A DNA stretch of 64,000 bases from an uncultured virus (IMG/VR IMGVR_UViG_3300029775_000206) (taxonomy: Duplodnaviria > Heunggongvirae > Uroviricota > Caudoviricetes): positions 1-64,000 of IMG/VR virus record IMGVR_UViG_3300029775_000206. One strand, given 5' to 3'. How positions within the stretch are numbered: position 1 is the first letter of the stretch; each line of letters begins with the position of its first letter. Position numbers and translations under genes: made by a program. Below are positions 29,855 to 39,397 of this stretch, in pieces. The notes under the pieces were generated by a model. That model was not told where the DNA came from and searched no databases. It saw only the letters and a program-made list of their open reading frames with translations.

Positions 29855-31099
29855 TTACTGACCTCCTTTGGTTTTGGCGAACGCACCTGCGTCTGCCAGT
29901 TTTGTCATATTGCCGTTGACCAAATATAAATCACCGCCTTCCTCAGCAGGGATGCGGTTCATGTCCTCCAGTTCACGAATGTCATTTGCCGACATCCAGC
30001 CATTTTGCCGGCCGACAGCATAGCCATTCATACGGCTTTGGTAATCGCCGCGAAGCAGACCATCCACATTGAACTTGATGAACAGCGAAGTTTTCTCAGA
30101 AGGTAAGATAAGTGACTGCTGAAGACTTTGCTCCCAGCGCACCACCCATGGATCAAGGGTGTATTTTACAAATTCCAGTGACTGCTGTTCAATGTTAGAA
30201 AAGCTTGACTTCTCAAGGTCACCAACCATATGGGGAGGCACACGGAATATCCTTGCAATCTCATTAATCTGAAATTTCCGTGTCTCGAGAAACTGCGCCT
30301 GTTCCGGCGGAATTCCGATTGCCTGAAACTTCATGCCTTCTTCTAAAACTGCCACACGGTGTGCATTGCTGCTGCCTTGGTAGGCGCTGTTCCAGCTATC
30401 CTTAACACGCTGAATGTCTTTAATTACACCGGGATGTTCCAGTACACCTCCAGGATTGGCACCATTGGCAAAGAAGGCTGCACCATATTCCTCAGTGGCA
30501 AGCGACATACCAATTGCATTTTTCGCCATGGCGATGGGGCTGTAACCGATTAGTCCATCAAAACCCAAACCGGGGATGTGGAGAACATCGTCTTTGCGAA
30601 GTGTCACATATCCGCCTTTGGGGTTCAGTCCGCTTTCGTCATAATCCCTGTAATAGGTATAGACCAGTTCACCGTTTGCCGCTCGGCTGACCTCCATCTT
30701 GCTTGGGAGCAGAGGATAGAGAGCTACTGCCTGCCCACGGCCGTTTCGGACTATCTGTGCGTAAGCATTGCCCCAAAGCAAAAGATGACTCATCAGTGTT
30801 TCTCGGAACACGAATGAAGTCATCTCTGGATTTGGTTCATCATGAAGAAGATAGTACAAAGGGTGCTGTGGAATACGTTCCTTGCCGCCGTCCATGCGGT
30901 ATCGATAAACGTGCAGCGGCAAACCCGCTATAGCCTCAGCCAGTATCCTTACACAGGCATACACTGCTGTTGTTTGCATGGCAGTCCGCTCATTAACCAT
31001 CTTGCCACTGGATGTGCTGCCGAACAGGAATGACCATCCGCTTCCTATACGGTTTTGAGGTTTATCCCTTGAACGGAACATTGCTGAAAATATACTCAT
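29855..31099 (-). CDS. HK97-family portal protein
   Basis: AVYACV, PNP.MT, LLWGNAY, IARIFRVPP. Confidence 0.95.
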   Translation of the reverse strand: MSIFSAMFRSRDKPQNRIGSGWSFLFGSTSSGKMVNERTAMQTTAVYACVRILAEAIAGLPLHVYRYRMDGGKERIPQHPLYYLLHDEPNPEMTSFVFRETLMSHLLLWGNAYAQIVRNGRGQAVALYPLLPSKMEVSRAANGELVYTYYRDYDESGLNPKGGYVTLRKDDVLHIPGLGFDGLIGYSPIAMAKNAIGMSLATEEYGAAFFANGANPGGVLEHPGVIKDIQRVKDSWNSAYQGSSNAHRVAVLEEGMKFQAIGIPPEQAQFLETRKFQINEIARIFRVPPHMVGDLEKSSFSNIEQQSLEFVKYTLDPWVVRWEQSLQQSLILPSEKTSLFIKFNVDGLLRGDYQSRMNGYAVGRQNGWMSANDIRELEDMNRIPAEEGGDLYLVNGNMTKLADAGAFAKTKGGQ

Positions 31100-32700
31100 A
31101 AAATTAACAACCCCCTCTCGTTGTAAACCGAATCTCCGCTGTTGCCGGAACCACAACGAATTGCTCTATCAAGAGCCATTATTGTTGCTACTGCACCATC
31201 TATCTTTTCAGTAGATTTTTCTTTATCTGCTTTGATGTTTCCAGCAGGGTCAGTTCGGATATAGATGTTATCCATCATCCAGCGAAGAACCGGATGACCA
31301 CCGTGGGCAATTTTCTGTTCCAAGGTCAGTTTCATCAGTTCTTTGGTCGGTGGAGACATGTCTTTAAAGCCTTGGCCGAACGGAACCACTGTGAAACCAA
31401 GGTTTTCGAGGTTCTGCGTCATTTGTACTGCACCCCAGCGGTCGAAGGCAATTTCTCTAATGTTATATTTTGTAGCAAGATCCTCAATAAAGGATTCAAT
31501 AAAGCCATAATGCACTACGTTCCCCTCGGTAGTTTGGAGGAACCCTTGCTTATTCCAGACATCGTAATTTACATGGTCACGCCGAACACGCAAGTCGATG
31601 TTTTCCTCCGGTATCCAGAAGAACGGCATAACAGTGTACTTATCATCCTCATCCAATGGAGGAAAAACCAGCACGAAAGCCGTGATATCCGTACTGCTTG
31701 ATAGGTCAAGTCCGCCATAGCAGACTCGCCCCCGCAGTGCTTCCGGGTCAACAGCAAACGCACAGGCATCCCATTTCTCCATAGGCATCCAGCGCACCGC
31801 TTGTTTGACCCATTGATTGAGCCTAAGCTGCCTAAAACTGTTCTCTTCAGCAGGATTTTGTCTTGCTGATTCAAAGGCTGCTTTGACTTTATCCATACCG
31901 ACTGTGATTCCCAACGAAGGATTTGCTTTCTTCCATACCTTTGGGTCAGTCCAGTCATCTTCTAAAGCAGCACCATATATAACAGGGTAGAAGGTAGGGT
32001 CATTTTTTCTGCCATCTATGATATCTAAAGCCTTCTGATGTACCTCCCAGCAGATACTGTTCTGATTGTCCCCGGCAGTAGTTATAAGGAAATACAGCGG
32101 CTGCATTCTTGCATCACCGCTGCCTTTGGTCATAACGTCGTACAGCTTTCGGTTAGGTTGAGTATGAAGCTCGTCAAACACCACACCGTGGGTGTTAAAG
32201 CCATGCTTGTTTCCAACATCGGCTGAAAGCACCTGATAAATACTGCCTGTTGGCTGATAGATGAGCCGCTTCATAGAATCGAGGATTTTCACTCGTTTTG
32301 TTAAAGCCGGACACATCCGCACCATATCTGCTGCAACATTAAAAACGATGGATGCCTGGTTGCGGTCGGCAGCACATCCGTAAACCTCGGCACGTTCCTC
32401 GTTATCTCCGCAGGTTAAGAGCAGGGCAACAGCCGCTGCAAGCTCACTTTTTCCCATCTTTTTCGGTATTTCCACATAGGCAGTATTGAACTGCCGATAG
32501 CCGTTTGGCTTTAAAATTCCAAATATATCTCGGATAATCCGCTCTTGCCAGTCGATTAATTCAAATGGCTTACCCGCCCATGTGCCTTTAGTATGGGAAA
32601 GTGCCTCTATAAAGGACACGGCATAATCGGCGGAGGACTTATCGTAGACCGAATCAGCCGACTTAAACCGTGCCGGGGTGTATTTCTTAAGTTTTCGTAT
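31096..32700 (-). CDS. terL: Terminase large subunit (start codon uncertain)
   Basis: PKKMGKSE, FDELH, GLDLS, KIDG.VA. Confidence 0.93.
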   Translation of the reverse strand: MRKLKKYTPARFKSADSVYDKSSADYAVSFIEALSHTKGTWAGKPFELIDWQERIIRDIFGILKPNGYRQFNTAYVEIPKKMGKSELAAAVALLLTCGDNEERAEVYGCAADRNQASIVFNVAADMVRMCPALTKRVKILDSMKRLIYQPTGSIYQVLSADVGNKHGFNTHGVVFDELHTQPNRKLYDVMTKGSGDARMQPLYFLITTAGDNQNSICWEVHQKALDIIDGRKNDPTFYPVIYGAALEDDWTDPKVWKKANPSLGITVGMDKVKAAFESARQNPAEENSFRQLRLNQWVKQAVRWMPMEKWDACAFAVDPEALRGRVCYGGLDLSSSTDITAFVLVFPPLDEDDKYTVMPFFWIPEENIDLRVRRDHVNYDVWNKQGFLQTTEGNVVHYGFIESFIEDLATKYNIREIAFDRWGAVQMTQNLENLGFTVVPFGQGFKDMSPPTKELMKLTLEQKIAHGGHPVLRWMMDNIYIRTDPAGNIKADKEKSTEKIDGAVATIMALDRAIRCGSGNSGDSVYNERGLLIL

Positions 32701-32816
32701 ATCCGCCGCCTCCTTCCGAGCATAAAAATAGACCTGCATCAAGCAAGCCTTCAAAATCTATCTGTACGAGAAACAGAGCCGTTTTTGGCACTGTTCTCTG
32801 GCTAATATTTAGTTAT

Positions 32817-32996
32817 TTATTTCTCCTCACCGGTTAGAATGAATCGGGAATAGGCACCAATGTTATCTGCAAGGTAAACAAGCAGCTCGTCATATCCCTC
32901 TCTCAGAGCGATTTCCTGCACCTTTTGCACATCAAACATATTCGTTTCGCCTGTGGAGCGGATGGCGAGTATCTGTTCCTTTATCTTTTTATCCAT
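32817..32996 (-). CDS. DUF5049-like small protein (59 aa, absent from the ORF track)
   Basis: Translated by hand: MDKKIKEQILAIRSTGETNMFDV...FILTGEEK*, with GGAGG RBS. Confidence 0.75.
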   Translation of the reverse strand: MDKKIKEQILAIRSTGETNMFDVQKVQEIALREGYDELLVYLADNIGAYSRFILTGEEK

Positions 32997-33438
32997 TTTC
33001 GGCCTCCTTGGAATCCTCCACCGCCTGTTTCAGAATGCCGATATCGAAATCTGCACTCTTATAGCCATCTAAGATAACGCTGTAATAATAGCAGCTTGGA
33101 GTGCCAAGTGGCCTGCCATCGTTCATGATGTACACCATAGTTTCTACGTTCTTTTTGCCAAGTTCCACTTTGACTGTTTCTTTTCGGTAAAGGAATGGGA
33201 AACCCTCGTAGCGGTCGAGTGCCGCTTCGTCGGTCGGGGTAATCTCCCACAGCAGGCATGGCACTGTCTTGCCCTTAAAAGGCTCCACGGTTGCAACAGC
33301 GCCGCCGTGTCCGCCTCGAAACAATAACTGATAATCCTTTAATACAACCGGCCCAACAGGCTTTGCTGTGGGGCAGCGGTGCGCCATTTGCTCAAGATTG
33401 AGGTTTGAGCCATAGGCGAGATAGAATGTTTTATTCAT
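32989..33438 (-). CDS. Gamma-glutamylcyclotransferase (AIG2-like)
   Basis: YLAYGSNL and LDRYEG motifs. Confidence 0.88.
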   Translation of the reverse strand: MNKTFYLAYGSNLNLEQMAHRCPTAKPVGPVVLKDYQLLFRGGHGGAVATVEPFKGKTVPCLLWEITPTDEAALDRYEGFPFLYRKETVKVELGKKNVETMVYIMNDGRPLGTPSCYYYSVILDGYKSADFDIGILKQAVEDSKEAENG

Positions 33439-33473
33439 AGACCTTATCCTCCTTATTTTTGCTGGGCAACCCT

Positions 33474-34373
33474 TTAGGCTGCCCGAAACCGCCACGCTGC
33501 CGAACCATCCAAATGGGCGGTCAAGTGTTCACGGCAGTTTGCGAATTCCTCGCCGATGAAACCGATGCGGTTGAGGTAGGTCCGCATTGCAAACTTTTCA
33601 TTCTCGACCTGCGGTTTCTTTGCCGAAGCACACTTTTGTGTCAGTGCCTGGTTGTTCAGTGCAAGGGCGAGAACAATGTAGCTTCTAATCTTGCCTGCGT
33701 GAAGTTCGCTGTTAAAACCCCTAAGCTCGACCGAGTGATTTCCGTTGAAAAAGCTGTGCAGGTTAAGAAAATGGTATCGGCTTGAATGGTAATGCCTGGT
33801 GGTGCTTTCGCTATAGCCTTCATACCAAAGGCTCTCAATTTGCGCCAGTGTTTTTGGCTTCTTGCGGTTGATTTTTTCCACCAGAATCTCATCCATCTTT
33901 TTGCAGTAACCCATTCGTTCAGGTGATATCTGCAAAGCCTTGTAAAAAAGGTCATTCTTGCTTGCGATGATGTTTACAAAGTTTCGTATGCTCCTTGCAG
34001 TGTGGTCTGCTCCGTCCAAGTGGATATGGATTCCGCAGGAGTTGTTGGTAAAAGCTCCTGCCTTGCGTAGCCTGCGTACCACCTCCTGCAATGTTTCAAT
34101 GTCCTCTTGGTAGGTTAAGATGGGACTTACCAGCTCCACGCTGTATTCTCTGGCTGCTGCAGCTTTCTGCCGCCCTTGTTTCTTCTGGCAGGAGATGCTG
34201 CCGTCACTCATAATTTTCCAAACCCGCCCGTCAGCGGTTGTAACCTTCTTGGTATCGTAATAGTCGCCCGTGTTCACAACCGTTCCGTTTAGGTATTCGG
34301 CTGCGACCTTGGCAGCTTCGTTTCTTGTTATTCCTGTGAACTCAATTTCAATTCCAAATTTCTTGGTTAGCAT
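33474..34373 (-). CDS. Amidoligase family protein (COOH-NH2 ligase type 2)
   Basis: FGIEIE, DGS, ELVSP, CGIHIH, VELR motifs. Confidence 0.88.
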   Translation of the reverse strand: MLTKKFGIEIEFTGITRNEAAKVAAEYLNGTVVNTGDYYDTKKVTTADGRVWKIMSDGSISCQKKQGRQKAAAAREYSVELVSPILTYQEDIETLQEVVRRLRKAGAFTNNSCGIHIHLDGADHTARSIRNFVNIIASKNDLFYKALQISPERMGYCKKMDEILVEKINRKKPKTLAQIESLWYEGYSESTTRHYHSSRYHFLNLHSFFNGNHSVELRGFNSELHAGKIRSYIVLALALNNQALTQKCASAKKPQVENEKFAMRTYLNRIGFIGEEFANCREHLTAHLDGSAAWRFRAA

Positions 34374-34510
34374 TGATTCTCGCTCCTTTTAAAGTGTATT
34401 TGTCCCTTTCGGTATGTACATATATCACTCTAAAAGGCTTATATATCAAGACAATTATTCAATATAAACACACAAATTTTCTCCCATTTATGGCTTAGAA
34501 TGTGTGTACT

Positions 34511-34738
34511 TTATTCTTCGATTTTCTTGCATAAATCCTCGCCAAAAGCCACTCCAAGAGAGCTACCGGAATCCCAACTTACATGGATGGTTCCCATGTC
34601 GTCAGCACCAGTAACTGTACCTTTAGCACCTGGCTGAAGTTTGGTATAGGGGTCATCCATCTTAAGCAGCATAACCCTTGTTCCTGGAGTGTAATAGCTT
34701 TTAAGTCGCTTTAGCATTTCTGGGTGAATGATATTCAT
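34511..34738 (-). CDS. DUF4314-like protein
   Basis: GTRV.L..MDDPY...G.V...DD.G.IHV.WD.GS.L pattern. Confidence 0.8.
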   Translation of the reverse strand: MNIIHPEMLKRLKSYYTPGTRVMLLKMDDPYTKLQPGAKGTVTGADDMGTIHVSWDSGSSLGVAFGEDLCKKIEE

Positions 34739-35532
34739 TGTTCACTCACCACCTCATGCTTGGCAGTTCCACTTTTGAAAGCAGAGCTGCCCGGTAGCTT
34801 GGAGAGGAGAATCTTTCTCTCCATCTTATAATCTGAGCCGATAAACCCAAGCCTTAGTAGGAAACAACGGAAAGCGTACTTCTCATTTTCTACTTGCTTT
34901 TCGGCAGCATTAACCCTTTGTTGTGTTTTTGCCATCTCACAGAGTGCGGTCACAAAATGGGTGTAGGCTTTGACCTCATCTGAAGTAAGCTCTCCTTGAA
35001 ACCAAGGGAAGCTAATGGTTTCTTCGTTTGTTATTATTGGGATGAAATCAGCACCTAGAGCTTTTTTAATTAGGGACGATTTGCTTTCTACCAATCGCTT
35101 AAGGTTTTCAAGAGCCACATCGGTGAAAGCCGACCTTGGCAGCTCAATGGTCAGACGGTTGGTTTCAACCTCGTCACTTTGTTCGGGTTCTGCATATGCC
35201 GGAGGCTCCTCATAATCACGGTAAGGACTGACCCTGCCGCCAAGAGCCGCTTCGTAAGGAATTTGAACATCCTCCGGTACAGGTTCTGCCTCTGGGAGTG
35301 GAGCGTCATATTCTTCTGTAATCGCTTTAAAATCATGTAATCCCTGCAGGTCAGCAACCAAGCCTGGATTGTCCTCACCCTCGAGCATTCCATTCTTGTC
35401 GATGTGGTAGCCTCCTACTTCATAAGCAAAGGTGGGTGCGCCGAGGTATATTGTCGGAACATTTAGTTCCAGGCTGATTGCTCCGACCAGAGATTTTCGC
35501 TTTGGGCCAGTAATACTATAATTAATCTTCAT
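34735..35532 (-). CDS. Conserved phage protein (often labelled 'virulence-related protein')
   Basis: YLGAPTFAY, FPWF, NEKYAFRCFLLRLGFIG; the C-terminus parallels the amidoligase C-terminus. Confidence 0.7.
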   Translation of the reverse strand: MKINYSITGPKRKSLVGAISLELNVPTIYLGAPTFAYEVGGYHIDKNGMLEGEDNPGLVADLQGLHDFKAITEEYDAPLPEAEPVPEDVQIPYEAALGGRVSPYRDYEEPPAYAEPEQSDEVETNRLTIELPRSAFTDVALENLKRLVESKSSLIKKALGADFIPIITNEETISFPWFQGELTSDEVKAYTHFVTALCEMAKTQQRVNAAEKQVENEKYAFRCFLLRLGFIGSDYKMERKILLSKLPGSSAFKSGTAKHEVVSEQ

Positions 35533-35631
35533 TTTTCCTACCGCCTTTCATTTTTCGGTACTACATATATCACTCTGAACGCTGTAAATAGCAAGTCATT
35601 TCGAGCGTTTTATGTAGGAAATACTGTTCTA

Positions 35632-37365
35632 TTAATCAGCGGTATTTTGTGCAGAAAACGCAATGCCCGACAAAACAAAATATACACAAGGGAGTGCCAC
35701 TCCGTTGCCCCACATCTTATATTCTGCTGAATCTGAATGCGGGTCTTTAAGCCACTTAGATATCTGCCTTAAGGTCTTAGGTTTTGATGAACTTCCCGTA
35801 ATCTTACGTTGAGTTTCAAATATTTCATACCAAATGCGTAAGTCATCCATTGTTGGTTTTTCTGTTGCAAGATTACTGCACCACCAATCAGGAAAACCTT
35901 GAAGTCTTGCACATTCGGTCGGAGTTAATCTTCTGACCGTGTACTCAATGCCATCTGTATCATTAATAAGCGGAGGATCTTTGTAATCCCTTGCGGCAAG
36001 TGTCGGTGCTTTGTCCTCATTCACTTGCATGAATCCACCCGTTGTCATTGCGTAAACTGCGTGTCTATCCGTGGTATTAAGGGTGAAAGATACCTCTTTA
36101 TTAACACCGTCACCCTGTGGCCCGTTCTTGTCTTTTCTGCCTATCATAGAGCCTTGCAATGCATAACTTTCTACCACAGCAATACCGCCTTGATTGCAGG
36201 AGGGATTCCCTCCATTTCCATCAATGGTACGTGAAGTATCAGCTTCATATACACCGCTGTTTGGATTGGATGATTTCATAGCATTGCTGTCTTTAGAACA
36301 GATACCATAGGCTTTCGGAACAAATAACGTCTGGTCATTATTGCAGGATAGCGCTGCCGATTTATTATTCTGGATAAGAGCACCTTTGCCACCGCCCTCA
36401 CAGCCACAGCGGATTTTGAGAGTTTTCGGTGTATCACCAACCACAAATGGCTGATTATTGCCGCCTGTTCCATATGTTGCGGATATTGTCGGTGCAACAT
36501 CAATCGGCCCAGTAAAGCGAGTATCTCTTCCATGATTATCAAAAACCGCTGCATCCATAACACAAGGTGGGTGATGAGCCTCTGCTCGAAGAGTGCAAGT
36601 GACATCTTCTGTGATATCCATACGATTGCCACCCTGGTCATTTAAAATCACACTGCTTGTGCCTGTCTCTCTAATGCCGTTTTCAAAACAATCGGCAGTT
36701 CCTTGCCACGATCGGAAGCTCTCCTTAGAATACCCAGACAAGCCTTCTGACTTAAATAGTATTTCTCCGGCACTCCCACCTGCAAAATCTGCGACAAGGA
36801 AGATGCGTTTTCTTCGTTGGGGAACTCCCCAGTATTGAGCATCAAGCACTCGCCAGGCAATGGAGAAATTACCTCCCACGACATTTCCTGCTTGCCTCCA
36901 CTTATCAGCTTTAGGAACTGATAAGGTTTCATCTTTGATGTGACAGATGCTTTCAAGGACACATCTGAAGTCCTCTCCTTTGTTCGAGGAGAAAGCACCG
37001 GGCACATTTTCCCAGACGATGTATCTTGGATATTTGCCATCTGTAGCACACCTCATTTCTTTTACAATTCGGATGGCATCATAAAAAAGGCTTGAACGCT
37101 CTCCGTCCAAGCCATCACGCTTACCTGCCACTGACATATCCTGACAAGGTGATCCAAATGTAATAATATCAACCGGTTCTATCTTGCCGCCATCCAAGCA
37201 AGAAACATCACCATAGTGTTTCATAAAAGGCAGCCTTTTGGTCGTAACCCGTATAGGAAACGGCTCAATTTCGGATGCCCATAACGGCTTGATGCCACAG
37301 AGCAGACCGCCCAAGGGAAAACCGCCACTGCCGTCAAAGAGAGATCCGAGGGTCAGTTTACTCAT
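35632..37365 (-). CDS. DNA (cytosine-5)-methyltransferase with a large variable region
   Basis: SLFDGSGG, GSPCQD, WENVPG, QRRKR, RRLTP.EC.RLQGFPD, GNGV. Confidence 0.92.
   Translation of the reverse strand: MSKLTLGSLFDGSGGFPLGGLLCGIKPLWASEIEPFPIRVTTKRLPFMKHYGDVSCLDGGKIEPVDIITFGSPCQDMSVAGKRDGLDGERSSLFYDAIRIVKEMRCATDGKYPRYIVWENVPGAFSSNKGEDFRCVLESICHIKDETLSVPKADKWRQAGNVVGGNFSIAWRVLDAQYWGVPQRRKRIFLVADFAGGSAGEILFKSEGLSGYSKESFRSWQGTADCFENGIRETGTSSVILNDQGGNRMDITEDVTCTLRAEAHHPPCVMDAAVFDNHGRDTRFTGPIDVAPTISATYGTGGNNQPFVVGDTPKTLKIRCGCEGGGKGALIQNNKSAALSCNNDQTLFVPKAYGICSKDSNAMKSSNPNSGVYEADTSRTIDGNGGNPSCNQGGIAVVESYALQGSMIGRKDKNGPQGDGVNKEVSFTLNTTDRHAVYAMTTGGFMQVNEDKAPTLAARDYKDPPLINDTDGIEYTVRRLTPTECARLQGFPDWWCSNLATEKPTMDDLRIWYEIFETQRKITGSSSKPKTLRQISKWLKDPHSDSAEYKMWGNGVALPCVYFVLSGIAFSAQNTAD
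36648..37049 (-). CDS. Nested alternative-frame ORF resembling the M.EcoHK31I beta polypeptide
   Basis: SSLSQILQ..VPEKYYLSQKACLGILRRA..RGKELP..L..AL; lies wholly within the methyltransferase gene. Confidence 0.7.
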   Translation of the reverse strand: MLQMANIQDTSSGKMCPVLSPRTKERTSDVSLKASVTSKMKPYQFLKLISGGKQEMSWEVISPLPGECLMLNTGEFPNEENASSLSQILQVGVPEKYYLSQKACLGILRRASDRGKELPIVLKTALERQAQAV

Positions 37366-38003
37366 CCTTTAATCACCTCGCTGTATAGTGTTTTGTTATT
37401 GCATTTTTTAAGCACCCAAAAGTATGAATGATATTTTCGTGCATGTTTTTGATTTTGCTGCCATTTTGCTGTGATTCTGTTCTTCGAAAGTAAAATAAAA
37501 AGATCAATAGGGTAGAAACCCAATTCAATCGCTGTATTATAAATAAAGCAGTGGCTAAAATACTGCTTGCCACTGCTAACTTTATCTTGGCATTTGAAAA
37601 CCAATATGCCTTCCGATTTTAAAATCCTGTAAAACTCCTTCATCGCATTTCTGTAAAACCTAAATAAGGCCAATTCGCTATCATATACTCCAAAACGCTT
37701 ATTGATTACATTGCTATTATCAACCTTATTCAAGCTCCTTCCGGTAGCAGCAAGAAACGGAGGATCAAATATGATGGTATCCAAACTGCAATCAGAAAGA
37801 GGGAGTTTTTCCGCATTAGCCTTTACAACTCCCTCTATTTGTGGATTTATATCAAACTTGTATCCTGGTTTTTCTATCCCCGTATCTTTATAAAAGCAGC
37901 CCCTAGAATAGGTGGGGTCGCAATCTATTCTTCCGCTTTTTGAATGAAGTTCCAGTATGTTTTTAATTATTTCTTCCTGAGAATATGAAATACTTTTTAT
38001 CAT
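37362..38003 (-). CDS. Small amino (N6/N4) DNA methyltransferase-like protein
   Basis: DPTY..G.FY, FDPPF, RILK..G. Confidence 0.75.
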   Translation of the reverse strand: MIKSISYSQEEIIKNILELHSKSGRIDCDPTYSRGCFYKDTGIEKPGYKFDINPQIEGVVKANAEKLPLSDCSLDTIIFDPPFLAATGRSLNKVDNSNVINKRFGVYDSELALFRFYRNAMKEFYRILKSEGILVFKCQDKVSSGKQYFSHCFIYNTAIELGFYPIDLFILLSKNRITAKWQQNQKHARKYHSYFWVLKKCNNKTLYSEVIKG

Positions 38004-39397
38004 GGCTGTATCTCTAATAGTTCTTTATAGGAAAACTGCTTATCATCCCTAATGCAAAACACACCGTCTTCGACTCCTACTTGTTCAATAAATCTCTTTA
38101 CAATGACGTCGCAGTATTTTTCATCCAGTTCGATGGTATAGCATATTCTGTCCGTCTGCTCACAGGCGATAAGTGTAGAACCACTGCCGCCAAAAGGATC
38201 AAGTACAATGCAATTTGACAAACTGTGTAGTGGTATAGTGAACTTGTAACACTCCTGCCTAATGGATTACAATATCTACTTAGAAAAGGAGTACGCCATN
38301 NNNNNNNNNTCGGACGCCTTATGAGACAAGGTATGGATTGAGTCAATTTAGACAGTAGCGTTACAAAAATGCTTGACCATTACACTGCTATTTAAAATTG
38401 GATAGGCTACCAATGCTACCGGTTTCATAGTCGGATGGTCAGCGTTTTTCTTTGGCTTTTCAAATTCCCATATAGTAGTCTGCTTTCTATCGGCATACCA
38501 ATTGTGTTTTCCAGACTTCTTCCAACCGAAAAGAACAGGCTCATGCTGCCATTGATAAGGAGAGCGGCCAAGAACAAGCGACTGCTTTTTCCAGATGCAA
38601 GTACCGGAGAGATAAAATCCGGCTTCCGAGAATGCCTTTCTGAAATTCAAACCTTCAGTATCTGCATGAAATACATAAATAGAAGCATCCTTCGCCATTG
38701 CCACTTCGGTATTCTTAAACGCCTCACGCAGAAAATCGTAGAACGCTTCATTTCCCATATTGTCGTTCTTAATTTTACCCGCCGAACCTTCATAGTTGAC
38801 GTTGTACGGAGGGTCGGTTACAACAAGGTTTGCAAGTTTGCCATTCATCAGGATATTGAAAGTGTCAGCCTTGGTGGAATCACCGCAGACGAGCCTGTGC
38901 TGTCCGAGTTTCCAAACATCACCTTGTTTGGTGAGTGCAGGCTTTTGCAGCTCAGCGTCCACATCGAAGTCATCATCATGAATACCATCCTTAACCGAAT
39001 CCTTAAACAACGCATCAAGTTCGGCTGGTTCAAATCCGGTGAGGGATACGTCAAAGTCTGCACCTTGCAGGTCAGCAATCAAAAGCATCAATTTGTCTTT
39101 ATCCCAATCACCGCTTATCTTATTAAGGGCGATGTTGAGTGCCTTTTCTTTTTCCTCATTCATTTCGATAACCACACACTCAACTTCGGTGATTCCCATA
39201 TCAAGCAGTACCTTCAAACGCTGGTGACCGCCAACTACATGAGAAGTGGTCTTATTCCATATAACGGGTTCAACATAGCCGAACTGCTCGATGGAACGTT
39301 TCAGCTTTTCGTATTCCGGGTCACCGGGTTTCAAATCTTTACGAGGATTATAATCGGCTGGAATCAACAACTTAGTTTTCAGTTTTTCTATCTGCAT
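38000..39397 (-). pseudogene. ParB-N + N6/N4 DNA methyltransferase split by an IS
   Basis: YNPR, GGHQR, TDPPY, HPTMKP...ILNSS, then LSNCIVLDPFGGSGST. Removing 38226-38387 restores the frame. Confidence 0.88.
38226..38384 (+). mobile_element. IS3-family-like insertion sequence, body collapsed into an N gap
   Basis: TG...CA ends with imperfect IRs (TGTAGTGGT../TGTAATGGT..), 3-bp target duplication CTG, AAGGAG RBS followed by AT at the gap, transposase-like tail RTPYE after the gap. Confidence 0.8.

Noticed and set aside
38098..38346. 82-aa ORF containing X residues
   Set aside because: It spans the assembly gap and IS ends, so it is an artefact.
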